From the IMG/VR virus record IMGVR_UViG_3300020428_000029, positions 1-39,738 of that record: DNA of 39,738 nucleotides; one strand, 5' to 3'. The notes under the pieces were generated by a model. The model was not told where the DNA came from and ran no database searches. It saw only the letters and a program-made list of their open reading frames with translations. Origin of the DNA: a virus (lineage: Duplodnaviria; Caudoviricetes). Each line of letters begins with the position of its first letter. Position 1 is the first letter of the stretch. Positions 1 through 7,922 of this stretch are shown piece after piece. A program made the position numbers and the translations under genes.

Positions 1-2
1 CT

Positions 3-173
3 ATGGACTGTGACCGTTGTGACAACAAAATCCCTTTGGATGAGGATTTTACCCCCTATCAAATATATGGAGAAACTTCTGATGTAGAAGAATTCTCAGA
101 CGGCGCATACCGCATCTGCGAAGACTGCTTAACCCCTAAAGAAAAACAACTTATGGAGAATCTAAATGACTAA
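3..173 (+). CDS. small zinc-finger protein (56 aa, not in ORF track; may extend beyond window edge)
   Basis: Manual translation MDCDRCDNK...ICEDCLTPKEKQLMENLND; two CxxC pairs; stop overlaps start of next ORF. Confidence 0.65.
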   Translation: MDCDRCDNKIPLDEDFTPYQIYGETSDVEEFSDGAYRICEDCLTPKEKQLMENLND

Positions 174-555
174 CCTTTCGGATAAAAAGGAGTACCACGA
201 ATCAATTAAGGAATTCTTTTCCTACCTTGAAGATCATCCCGAACTCAAAAAGATAGAAGCATTTAATAATGTGAAATCCTTTATTAAAGAAGCTTATGAC
301 TTAGGTTGCGGAGAGGACTCACTTTATAGGGATTATCATCCTGACGAAGTTATTGAACGGCTGCATAATTTCTCAGATAGGGCTCTTGTCTTAGAAGACA
401 ATTGTTTGGGTAAGGATCAAGTAATGCTTATCAAACGTGTCTTCCATAACTTTATGGCAGGTAAACAGGATCATCAAGGGGTTTCAGTAAAGGAGATGCA
501 AGCTATTTTCAATCAATTAGACGGATTATTAGAAGCCGATTACGACGACCTTTAG
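166..555 (+). CDS. hypothetical phage early protein
   Basis: 129-aa ORF with GGAG RBS, tightly packed in co-directional run. Confidence 0.7.
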   Translation: MTNLSDKKEYHESIKEFFSYLEDHPELKKIEAFNNVKSFIKEAYDLGCGEDSLYRDYHPDEVIERLHNFSDRALVLEDNCLGKDQVMLIKRVFHNFMAGKQDHQGVSVKEMQAIFNQLDGLLEADYDDL

Positions 556-566
556 GAGGAAAACTA

Positions 567-755
567 ATGCTTGATCTTACAGACCAACAATTCAAAAATA
601 TCCTAGAGGTTCTTGAAAACTACATTGGTGGAGAAGAGTCATCTGAAGCAGTTGACGAGTTGGAAAACATCTGCGACAAGATACAAGATTATCTTGATAA
701 CAAAGGTGCAGAAGTTGATGACTCCATCAAAGAGTTATGGGATGATGGACAATGA
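567..755 (+). CDS. small acidic hypothetical protein
   Basis: Strong AGGAGG RBS, 62 aa, ATGA overlap with next gene. Confidence 0.75.
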   Translation: MLDLTDQQFKNILEVLENYIGGEESSEAVDELENICDKIQDYLDNKGAEVDDSIKELWDDGQ

Positions 756-940
756 CAGACAAGAAATACACACCAGATCAATTATGGGAGTGGTTACATG
801 AAAACTCTCCATGTGAATGGGAAACAGATGTAGTTGAATCTGAACTACTAAACAATGGATCAACAGTTATTATCTTTGCTACAAAGAAAGACCAACAAAA
901 AGAGCCTCTGAACAGTAGTAGTTCAAAGGCCCCTGGTTAG
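752..940 (+). CDS. hypothetical protein
   Basis: ATGA-coupled to previous ORF. Confidence 0.7.
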   Translation: MTDKKYTPDQLWEWLHENSPCEWETDVVESELLNNGSTVIIFATKKDQQKEPLNSSSSKAPG

Positions 941-955
941 AAATTCAATTAATGT

Positions 956-1060
956 TTACTTCTTTAACTGAGCTTTCTTAGATGTGTGCTGATAAGCAAC
1001 GCCTCTGTAGACAAGCTTGGTATCTGCTGGGCGTTCACAAACTGCTGAGCCGCAAGACAT
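956..1060 (-). CDS. DUF4278-family peptide (34 aa, not in ORF track)
   Basis: MSCGSAVCERPADTKLVYRGVAYQHTSKKAQLKK; YRGVxY signature; GGAGG RBS 5 nt upstream of ATG. Confidence 0.85.
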   Translation of the reverse strand: MSCGSAVCERPADTKLVYRGVAYQHTSKKAQLKK

Positions 1061-1074
1061 AAGAGCCTCCGAAA

Positions 1075-1128
1075 TAGCAGTGCCCCCGTCGTATGGCACT
1101 GGTTGTTGCAACCTTTAGGTTCGACGAT
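1075..1128 (-). ncRNA. glutamine-II (Downstream-peptide) riboswitch-like element
   Basis: Minus strand: P1 CGTCG/CGACG, P2 ACC-TAAA-GGT followed by TGCA, pseudoknot CAGTGCC/GGCACTG; directly 5' of a DUF4278 ORF, the known context for this motif. Confidence 0.8.
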
Positions 1129-1138
1129 TTATATCTAT

Positions 1139-1155
1139 ATTGTATCGAAATATAC
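1139..1155 (-). promoter_or_regulatory. NtcA box overlapping -10 element
   Basis: GTA-TCGAAATA-TAC (GTA-N8-TAC) at 1142-1155; minus-strand TACAAT at 1144-1139, ~10 nt upstream of the riboswitch. Confidence 0.7.
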
Positions 1156-1253
1156 TGTATCATGGCGAACATTTCATATTAATAAGTACAAGTTGCAAGC
1201 CAGAGAATAAATTGTCATCTTATCTTTATTACCACCCTTCCTAAGTAACTACT

Positions 1254-1523
1254 GTGGCACTCAAACACGAACGAGCAAAGTTTAAATTCACACCTGAACC
1301 TGACCCAGTTTTCTGGGATAAGAATTCCAAATCTCAAATCAAGCTAAAGCCAGGCGATACTTTGTTTGTCAAGGACGGATACAAGCCTCTCCAAGAGTGC
1401 ACATATCTTCAACCCGAAAGTACAAACAAGATTCAGTACTGGGTAAGACCTAAGGACACACCTAAGCAGGTCACCCTCATATTCAGATCACACGTTAAAG
1501 CAGTTAACCAAGCAAAACCATGA
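1254..1523 (+). CDS. hypothetical protein
   Basis: GTG start, 89 aa, ATGA overlap with next gene. Confidence 0.65.
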   Translation: MALKHERAKFKFTPEPDPVFWDKNSKSQIKLKPGDTLFVKDGYKPLQECTYLQPESTNKIQYWVRPKDTPKQVTLIFRSHVKAVNQAKP

Positions 1524-1813
1524 ACAAATTCAAACTTGATCCCTCAGTCTGTAACTGGGAATTCCTATACCAAACCCTCGACACTAGATCTAAAAATGAA
1601 TTCAATATTGAACTCTTTTTCACAGAAGCAGAATGCACTAAGGATGAAGCCTATCGACATTTCCGTGCCTCCAACCCCGCACAACACAAAAGACATCGAG
1701 TCCTCAGTATTAGACCACATGCTGGAGCATTCAAATGGGACGGAGAGAATCAAAGACTGCACGAATCTTACGAATTCGACATCCTCCCAGACGATCCAAT
1801 CACCAGTGCCTAA
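1520..1813 (+). CDS. hypothetical protein
   Basis: 97 aa, coupled to upstream ORF. Confidence 0.65.
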   Translation: MNKFKLDPSVCNWEFLYQTLDTRSKNEFNIELFFTEAECTKDEAYRHFRASNPAQHKRHRVLSIRPHAGAFKWDGENQRLHESYEFDILPDDPITSA

Positions 1814-1991
1814 ATACAAAAGCAAGCTCGTTGTTTCTGTCTCATCTGATCATCCTTTGACCAAGCATTCTTACCTTGGTCATTGGTTTGCTGAGCTTAC
1901 GAAATTCATAACGACAGGAGCAAGGCTAAGAGGTTATTCGGTTGACGTAACCATCGAAGCTGATACGTCTCCAGACCTGCCTGAGTTTTAA
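1806..1991 (+). CDS. hypothetical protein (re-started at GTG 1806)
   Basis: 3' part of track ORF 1536..1991; GTG start overlaps the end of the previous gene. Confidence 0.55.
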   Translation: MPKYKSKLVVSVSSDHPLTKHSYLGHWFAELTKFITTGARLRGYSVDVTIEADTSPDLPEF

Positions 1992-2031
1992 AAATATTTC
2001 TTACTAATAACACCTCCATGCAATTTTTATT

Positions 2032-2988
2032 ATGCCAAGCTCTCTTATTCCTTTCGAGTCTCTCTCCTCCATCTCTACTGAGGAGAATGAATTTATAGAT
2101 AGATACCAAGCTCCTGCTGGGTATCTTCCTTGGAATCATTTCGCTAAGACAATCATCGCTCAGAAGCATCACTATGACAAAGATGATCCTTGGTTCAAGA
2201 ATGTCCTACAAGCTCCCGCATATTATTTAACTGACGAGCTTTATCAATCTCTAACCAATACAGATATCAAGTTAACCAGCACACCTAATCTGGTTAACCA
2301 TTCATTTTTTGTCTTCACTTCTCTTGATGCAGGGGGTGGAACAGAGGACTGTATTGCTTACACCCATGTGGTTTGCAATTACGTCAGCCCTGAGGACGAA
2401 GTGGATGGACGTCCAAGAATGAATTTCAAAGCTGATGTTGCTTGCTCAGCACTGCATTGGAAAGGTATTGAACTGACAGATAGTGGAGTTTCTATAGGCC
2501 AGATAGATAAGTCTTATCGCTATGACTTCTCCTTTAACTGGAATGAGATTAACAATCAAGGAGAAGGTGGGACCTTCCATACTAATGGTCATCAAGTTAA
2601 AGATATCTGCTGTCCTAAATGCACTGAGAACATATTCCATAACCAAGTCAGTTTGATTGCCAATTTAATCCTGTTGATGAATGTTCAACCTGATTACATC
2701 ACCAGAGAGAAATGTGTTCAGCCATCGAGAGGACGAGGCTTTAAGCAATCAACCAAAGAGACAAAAGTAAGAACAATTAATTGGATCGGTAAAGGGTTTA
2801 CCCGAAGGATTACAACCGAATATTCTCCTGCTTCAGGGGATAATCCTAAGCGATCTGTTTGTTCTCACTGGAGACGAGGTCACTGGAGAACTGTCAGACA
2901 AGGACCTGGTCGAAAGCAAACCAAGATGAAGTGGATACAACCAGTTTTCGTCATAGGTAATCGGGCAGATTCTAGTACGAAAAAATAG
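2032..2988 (+). CDS. phage protein with basic C-terminal HWRRGHWR motif
   Basis: C-terminal HWRRGHWR...GPGR...KWIQP motif recalled from phage hypotheticals; probably nucleic-acid binding. Confidence 0.75.
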   Translation: MPSSLIPFESLSSISTEENEFIDRYQAPAGYLPWNHFAKTIIAQKHHYDKDDPWFKNVLQAPAYYLTDELYQSLTNTDIKLTSTPNLVNHSFFVFTSLDAGGGTEDCIAYTHVVCNYVSPEDEVDGRPRMNFKADVACSALHWKGIELTDSGVSIGQIDKSYRYDFSFNWNEINNQGEGGTFHTNGHQVKDICCPKCTENIFHNQVSLIANLILLMNVQPDYITREKCVQPSRGRGFKQSTKETKVRTINWIGKGFTRRITTEYSPASGDNPKRSVCSHWRRGHWRTVRQGPGRKQTKMKWIQPVFVIGNRADSSTKK

Positions 2989-3048
2989 GTAAGTAATCGC
3001 ACTTATTTAATAGATTGCTTAGGATATTTATCCAGAGAAAAATAAAGA

Positions 3049-3288
3049 ATGATCAGGAAGAGAGCTGTTCTTGTTAACTTTTTGACTAACGAACCAGTTG
3101 ATCCAAACTATCAACCATTGCTATCAGCATGGGAACTTACAGAAGGAAACAAGAACTTAGAGAGGGCAAGTTTAAGATGGCGCTTGCGCTGGCTCAATAG
3201 AGTTACTACATTAACTGGAGCAATCAATTTGGCGGAGTCATCGGATAATGCTCAGCTTCAATTCGTCTCTACTGGCAATAGCATCTGA
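3049..3288 (+). CDS. hypothetical protein
   Basis: 79-aa ORF in operon position. Confidence 0.55.
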   Translation: MIRKRAVLVNFLTNEPVDPNYQPLLSAWELTEGNKNLERASLRWRLRWLNRVTTLTGAINLAESSDNAQLQFVSTGNSI

Positions 3289-3859
3289 TTTCGTAGGGAA
3301 GTATTCTCCCTTCCAAGCAATTCAAATTACACCAGCTAAGAATGGTGGAGTTTATCTAGCCTCGACAGACTGTGGCAAGATTGCTTGCTTAGCTTTTGAC
3401 CCCAGTGGAGACGCAGATGAATCAGCCTTAGTTATTCCTACAAAAGATCTTTTGAAAGTTTCTAGGGGTATCAAGACAGGAGAGAGAACGATTCGTATTG
3501 AAGATAATCAAGCTGTCGTCACCACCTTTATGAAGACCACCTCTAAATCACAAGAGGTTCCAATTCTCCGTAGCCAGACTGACTTTCCACCATTAGCAGA
3601 GAAGCTCCAGGACTGCATTAATCGCTGGAGTTCAACGCCTTCAACCTCAACAACAGCAGGCAGATACAACAGCACTTACATCAATAAGGCCATTAAGTCT
3701 TTAAGTCTTTTTGATGCATCTATTGTTCTATCTGCCTTCGATGGTGGTCCTCTAAGAATTCAAGGAGATTCCAATAATTTAAATATTCTTGTCATGCCAC
3801 AAACAGCCGAACCTATTCCTCCTGTTCCAGACTGGTTGGTGACATATGCTTCCGCCTAA
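3248..3859 (+). CDS. DNA polymerase III beta-clamp-like protein (two-domain)
   Basis: LASTD (cf. vATDghr), FPP (yPd), YNSTYINKAI (fN.kYl.dal) and C-terminal PLRI...ILVMP match the last two beta-clamp domains. Confidence 0.65.
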   Translation: MLSFNSSLLAIASDFVGKYSPFQAIQITPAKNGGVYLASTDCGKIACLAFDPSGDADESALVIPTKDLLKVSRGIKTGERTIRIEDNQAVVTTFMKTTSKSQEVPILRSQTDFPPLAEKLQDCINRWSSTPSTSTTAGRYNSTYINKAIKSLSLFDASIVLSAFDGGPLRIQGDSNNLNILVMPQTAEPIPPVPDWLVTYASA

Positions 3860-3885
3860 AGCCAGATTTGTTTGTAACTAAATTC

Positions 3886-3913
3886 TTGCCTACGCCAAAA
3901 TGAACGCTACAGT
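3886..3913 (+). promoter_or_regulatory. sigma70-like promoter candidate
   Basis: TTGCCT-16 nt-TACAGT upstream of ssb. Confidence 0.35.
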
Positions 3914-3938
3914 TTTTATACCCTCAAAAAAATATTAA

Positions 3939-4631
3939 GTGTCAAACGCAGTCTTTATATCCAAGCTCACCACGCTTGCATTACCAGTTGCTGTAGAAGG
4001 AGATCAATACCTAGAAGCCAGAGCTGAGACTTTAGGTAGAGAACCTGTCGATTTAATTCTCAGAGCTAAGGCAGGGGCAGCTTCAGGTCCAACTTCATTC
4101 TTAATGGATAAGAAGCCAGGAGATACTTTCCTAATTACTGGTGAACTTACATTGGTTAATGATAGAGAAAGTCCTGACAGAGGCACTCCAGTAGTTCGAG
4201 TCTTTACAATTTCAAAAGCGACAGAAGATCAATACGCTAACGAAGTTAATATTGTTGGTCGAGTTGTCCAAGAAACAAAGAATGCTGAGAAGAGCAGCAG
4301 TAGAAGTGTCGCTGTTAATCGATACTTAGGTAAGGCTCCCGATGGTCAAAGTATTGTCGATACCGACTGGTTCAGAGTTAGAGGTTATGGAAAGAACGGG
4401 GAACGATTAGCAAGTTTTACTAAAGGTACTTTGGTCGAAATTGATGGGATGCTTGAGAAGAAACAGAACAAAGCAGGCAAACCTTATTGCGAGGTCAAGA
4501 TCAGACGAGTCAGAAGTCACAAAGCTGGCAGGGGTGGAGAAGTAAACCCAGCCGCAGACAAGGAAGCTGCAGGTTATGAAAGCTCTGCATTCGACGGAAA
4601 AGATGAACCAGATTTCCCGACTAATTGGTAA
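3939..4631 (+). CDS. ssb: single-stranded DNA-binding protein with tandem OB folds
   Basis: NEVNIVGRV...VAVNR...DTDWFRVRGYGKNGERLASFTKGTLVEIDG is SSB-like; N-half has a second KPGD.FLITGEL unit; acidic tail. Confidence 0.8.
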   Translation: MSNAVFISKLTTLALPVAVEGDQYLEARAETLGREPVDLILRAKAGAASGPTSFLMDKKPGDTFLITGELTLVNDRESPDRGTPVVRVFTISKATEDQYANEVNIVGRVVQETKNAEKSSSRSVAVNRYLGKAPDGQSIVDTDWFRVRGYGKNGERLASFTKGTLVEIDGMLEKKQNKAGKPYCEVKIRRVRSHKAGRGGEVNPAADKEAAGYESSAFDGKDEPDFPTNW

Positions 4632-4657
4632 TTAGGTACTTCACATTGCTTAATAAG

Positions 4658-4691
4658 ACGTTACATTATGTATACTTGAGCTTGCATAATG
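4658..4691 (+). promoter_or_regulatory. bipartite repeated upstream motif, copy 1
   Basis: ACGTTACATTAT-11 nt-CTTGCATAATG ending in the start codon; same boxes at 6663-6697. Confidence 0.6.
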
Positions 4692-5486
4692 GCGTCTTCA
4701 TTTTTCCCTCCTGACTATCGACCAGCTTCTGGTTCTAATCAAGAGGGGAATAAAAGTAAGGGAGCAAATCAAAATTATATTGACCAAGGAAAAATAAAGG
4801 ATACCGAGAAGGTCACCATGGTCATTTGTGGATCTCATCCAGACCATGTGATTGCTGGTAAAAGTTATTGGTCACACCCCAAGGAAAACGAGAGAAGTAT
4901 CCATAAAAAATTTCCTTCGCACCAGGGGCTGCCTTCTAACTACAAAGAAGATATTGACCTAAGTTTTGATGCTAAAAAGCGTCAGGTTAAATATGGAGAT
5001 CATACCGAGAAAGATCTTGCATACCCCAGAAGCTTTATCTCTTTTGTCGCCTATTTCTCTAAACAAACCTTAACTAATTACCCAGACCTAAAAGATAGTC
5101 CTGGATTCAAAGTCGTTACGTTTGATCGTAATGATTTAAGAGAATCCTTAGAAGATATTTTAGGTCTCACCGAAAGTTATTTCCAACATGACAATGGTAT
5201 TTATAACTTCAAGATGACTTTAAAGAGGAAGGGAGAAGGTACCTCTACGAATTACACATTAACTCCAGAGCTGCTTACTAAAACTCCACCAGCTTTAACT
5301 AAGGCATGGAAGGAACAAGGAGCAAGTATTTGGCTTCCTGCTTTATACACCCAAGGTGATCCTTTTGCAGGTAAACCTGTAGAAGCTTTAGAGAAACCTG
5401 GACTGCCACCAACACGTCGTGACGACTATGGAGCTGATGTTGATATTGCAGCTTCCTCCCCTGCTCTTCCTGACGACTGGGGCTAA
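4689..5486 (+). CDS. gp32-like ssDNA-binding/annealing protein
   Basis: YNFKMTLKRKGEGTSTNYTLTP resembles the Y.i.i.RkGeg.dT.Y...P motif of phage gp32-like SSBs; acidic C-terminus; near exonuclease. Confidence 0.6.
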   Translation: MASSFFPPDYRPASGSNQEGNKSKGANQNYIDQGKIKDTEKVTMVICGSHPDHVIAGKSYWSHPKENERSIHKKFPSHQGLPSNYKEDIDLSFDAKKRQVKYGDHTEKDLAYPRSFISFVAYFSKQTLTNYPDLKDSPGFKVVTFDRNDLRESLEDILGLTESYFQHDNGIYNFKMTLKRKGEGTSTNYTLTPELLTKTPPALTKAWKEQGASIWLPALYTQGDPFAGKPVEALEKPGLPPTRRDDYGADVDIAASSPALPDDWG

Positions 5487-5549
5487 TTCTTTAATAATCA
5501 TTAAGACATTACGTGATAATGAGTATTATTTCTTACGTCGTTACATAAG

Positions 5550-5888
5550 GTGGCATTATGCAAACCTTTGATTAAGATAACTTCATTGACCACGCAGTTT
5601 GCATCATTGGTGATGACTTGTAAAGAGGGCGATAAGAATTTTCATGACGACATGGAAAGCTGTCATGCACTATTTTCTGAAGCTTTCCAATTTGCTGAGC
5701 AATTTAAAATTATCCGTTGTGTTTGTAAGGATGGTGATAAATGTTCTTTGTGTACAGGTTGTCTTGTTTGCCAGAAAGCATTCGAATGTTTCCTGAACAC
5801 CCTTGTTCGACTAGGAGAAATAATAGAATGGAGTCTGACTCGCCTTGATTCTCATTGCGTATATGTCATTGTCGACCCCTATGTATAA
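5550..5888 (+). CDS. cysteine-rich hypothetical protein
   Basis: 11 Cys in 112 aa including CxC and CxxCxxCxxC. Confidence 0.55.
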   Translation: MALCKPLIKITSLTTQFASLVMTCKEGDKNFHDDMESCHALFSEAFQFAEQFKIIRCVCKDGDKCSLCTGCLVCQKAFECFLNTLVRLGEIIEWSLTRLDSHCVYVIVDPYV

Positions 5889-6060
5889 CCCTTCTTTGGA
5901 ATTGCTTCGACGTGCAACTACCAAAGAAGACGTAAGAGAGATAATTGATACATATGGACGTGACGTATGCAATGAGGCTTGGGGTCACCTAACTCCAATT
6001 GAGCGAGCTTCCTTAATGATTGCAAGAGAATTTCATGGCACCATCATCAAAGAAACCTGA
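5881..6060 (+). CDS. hypothetical protein (start at ATG 5881)
   Basis: MYNPSLELL... overlaps the end of previous gene. Confidence 0.6.
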   Translation: MYNPSLELLRRATTKEDVREIIDTYGRDVCNEAWGHLTPIERASLMIAREFHGTIIKET

Positions 6061-6415
6061 CTCTTCAGAGCCTGTCTTGAATCAGTATGCTCTTCTCCAG
6101 GAGCAGCTCAAGGTACAACAAGATACCAACCGTTTACTTCAGGAGGTTGTTTATCTTCTAAACGGCTTCACTAATAACGGATCGAATTTAAATGGAATGG
6201 TTCCTGATGTTTCATTCCTTGCTTACTTATCTGTTGTCGGTCCAGCCTTAGCGAGACATCTTGACGAAAAGATAGGCATAGAAGAAATCAAGAAAGGAGG
6301 TGTGCATTTAGGAGCCAGTTTGATAGAAGAATTTTCCGCCTATTCGTCTTGTCAGAATCCTGCAGATAAAATCTATAACTCTTTGGAGTTCCTTAACACT
6401 AGTGGCAAAGACTAG
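6035..6415 (+). CDS. hypothetical protein
   Basis: Track ORF 6020..6415; ATG at 6035 preferred. Confidence 0.7.
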   Translation: MAPSSKKPDSSEPVLNQYALLQEQLKVQQDTNRLLQEVVYLLNGFTNNGSNLNGMVPDVSFLAYLSVVGPALARHLDEKIGIEEIKKGGVHLGASLIEEFSAYSSCQNPADKIYNSLEFLNTSGKD

Positions 6416-6437
6416 AAAATTAAGCTGTAATAAGCGT

Positions 6438-6650
6438 GTTGAAAGATAGGGCTTGCACTAGGGATTCATAAACCCGAAACGTTTCCTGCCTTTGTTTAAT
6501 GGTTAACTGCTCGGATCATGCGGTTAAGTCATACCATTAAACATGCAACTACTTGGTTCCCTTCGAGGACGATCAGTGGTCCAGCGTGGAGAACGTGATT
6601 TGGGCTGATTGTAAGGAGACACAGTGATCTAGTCCTTATCTTTCTTCAAC
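6438..6650 (+). ncRNA. candidate structured ncRNA, rod-like with central bubble (6S-like architecture)
   Basis: Nested helices: GAAAGATAGGG/CCTTATCTTTC, ACTAGG/TCTAGT, CCCGAA-ACGTTT-CC/GG-GAACGT-TTTGGG, TGTTTAATGGT/ACCATTAAACA, TAACTGC/GCGGTTA; G-U pairs favour plus strand; intergenic gap without long ORF. Confidence 0.65.
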
Positions 6651-6662
6651 TATCAAGAAATA

Positions 6663-6697
6663 ACGTTACATTATATTAAGTTAGATCTTGCATAATG
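6663..6697 (+). promoter_or_regulatory. bipartite repeated upstream motif, copy 2
   Basis: ACGTTACATTAT-12 nt-CTTGCATAATG ending in exonuclease ATG. Confidence 0.6.
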
Positions 6698-7549
6698 CCT
6701 GCTACACGCTTTGAGATTAACGGCGAGAGGCATTACAGAACAGATAAAGAAGATAAAGCCTATCCCTCAGTTACAACAATACTTGGTAAATGTGCATCCG
6801 AATCTTCTAAAAAAGCTTTAAGAAATTGGATAGCTAAGAACCCAGGAGGTTCTGCAGCCGCAGCCAAACGAGGCTCAGCGGTACACCAAGCCTGCGAGGA
6901 TTATATTCGAGGGAAAGAGATAACAATAGAAGAAGAATACCAACCATTTTGGACAGGGATAAGCCAACACCTAGATAAGTTCGACGAATTCATTTGGTCT
7001 GAAATGCCACTACGTCCAGCATGGAAATTCTGCACTGGGCAAGATGGTATCTCTAGGGTCTGGTCTCATAAATATGAATATTGTGGATGCCCCGATCTCG
7101 TCGGAATAAGAAATGGAACCGTGATAATCGCTGACTTTAAAACTTCTAATCAGCCTTACAGTCGCTACTATCCCAAGGGAAAGGACGATCGTTCTCGCTT
7201 CACTGGCTGGAACAAATTCAACAAGTGCGCTATGCAATTAGCGGCCTATGCACAAGCTCTTGATGAAACGCTTGGCATTCGAGTTGAATGTGGCCAGATC
7301 ATTGTCTCAACCCCTGAGATCGATCAGAGTTTTATGCTCACTACAGAAGAACTGGAGAGATATAAAACCAAATGGTTACAAAAGATCAGACGATATCAAG
7401 AGTTAAAAGAAGAGGAGTTGCTCGCTAAGCAAGTGCTCCAGGAACTGAAAGATGAAAATCTACAGGATTCCAGGGATGATGTCTCCAGTAACGAGGTATG
7501 CACCAACAGCGGCAACAAATCCGATCATTGCAAGGCGTCCGTTAGTTAG
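6695..7549 (+). CDS. PD-(D/E)XK exonuclease
   Basis: YPSVTTIL, RGSAVH, SE, YCGCPDLVG, IADFKTS and QLAAYA motifs all intact. Confidence 0.9.
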   Translation: MPATRFEINGERHYRTDKEDKAYPSVTTILGKCASESSKKALRNWIAKNPGGSAAAAKRGSAVHQACEDYIRGKEITIEEEYQPFWTGISQHLDKFDEFIWSEMPLRPAWKFCTGQDGISRVWSHKYEYCGCPDLVGIRNGTVIIADFKTSNQPYSRYYPKGKDDRSRFTGWNKFNKCAMQLAAYAQALDETLGIRVECGQIIVSTPEIDQSFMLTTEELERYKTKWLQKIRRYQELKEEELLAKQVLQELKDENLQDSRDDVSSNEVCTNSGNKSDHCKASVS

Positions 7550-7627
7550 CTCAGCATATTCCTTTAATTCTTTATCATCCATTAGTTCGATAGCTGGCTG
7601 CTTTTCTCTGATGACAGTGTCGTTCAT
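7460..7627 (-). CDS. hli: high-light inducible protein (55 aa, not in ORF track)
   Basis: MNDTVIREKQPAIELMDDKELKEYAELTNGRLAMIGFVAAVGAYLVTGDIIPGIL; AExxNGRLAM motif and TGxIIPGI tail. Confidence 0.95.
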   Translation of the reverse strand: MNDTVIREKQPAIELMDDKELKEYAELTNGRLAMIGFVAAVGAYLVTGDIIPGIL

Positions 7628-7739
7628 TGGTATCTAGCAAATACTCCTTAATGCTATTAGGTATTTATACTGTTAACCTTGGTTGACCGAACTGCAAGAT
7701 ACGGTTTTAATAGAATGAATGAGCAATGAGAGCTAGTCG

Positions 7740-7922
7740 ATGTCTGAAAAGCCTGTATTAGTATTCACTTCTCCAAACGGAGGCACTGTCCAGAAGTATC
7801 CGATTAGTGGTGGAAAAACAACATTCGAACGATATCTATCTTGCTATGCAGGGAGCTGTAAATTCTGCAATAACCTAGACGAAGGTCTTCAGCATCTATC
7901 AGCTATTGAAGTTACTAATTAA
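7740..7922 (+). CDS. small hypothetical protein, picocyanobacterial-like
   Basis: 60 aa with PNGGTV...YLSCYAGSCKFC. Confidence 0.65.
   Translation: MSEKPVLVFTSPNGGTVQKYPISGGKTTFERYLSCYAGSCKFCNNLDEGLQHLSAIEVTN

Noticed and set aside
1536-1805. N-terminal 90 codons of track ORF 1536..1991
   Set aside because: Fully overlaps 1520..1813 in another frame; GTG at 1806 gives normal gene packing.
4658-4691. XerCD dif site (GCATAATG resemblance)
   Set aside because: No 11-6-11 arrangement with a TTATGTTAAAT-like XerD arm; the motif recurs at gene starts instead.
6695-7549. Cas4 / CRISPR-associated nuclease
   Set aside because: No cas genes or array, and the C-terminal Fe-S cysteine cluster of Cas4 is absent; ordinary phage exonuclease.
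7452-7637. Track ORF on + strand (61 aa)
   Set aside because: Antisense shadow of the hli gene.
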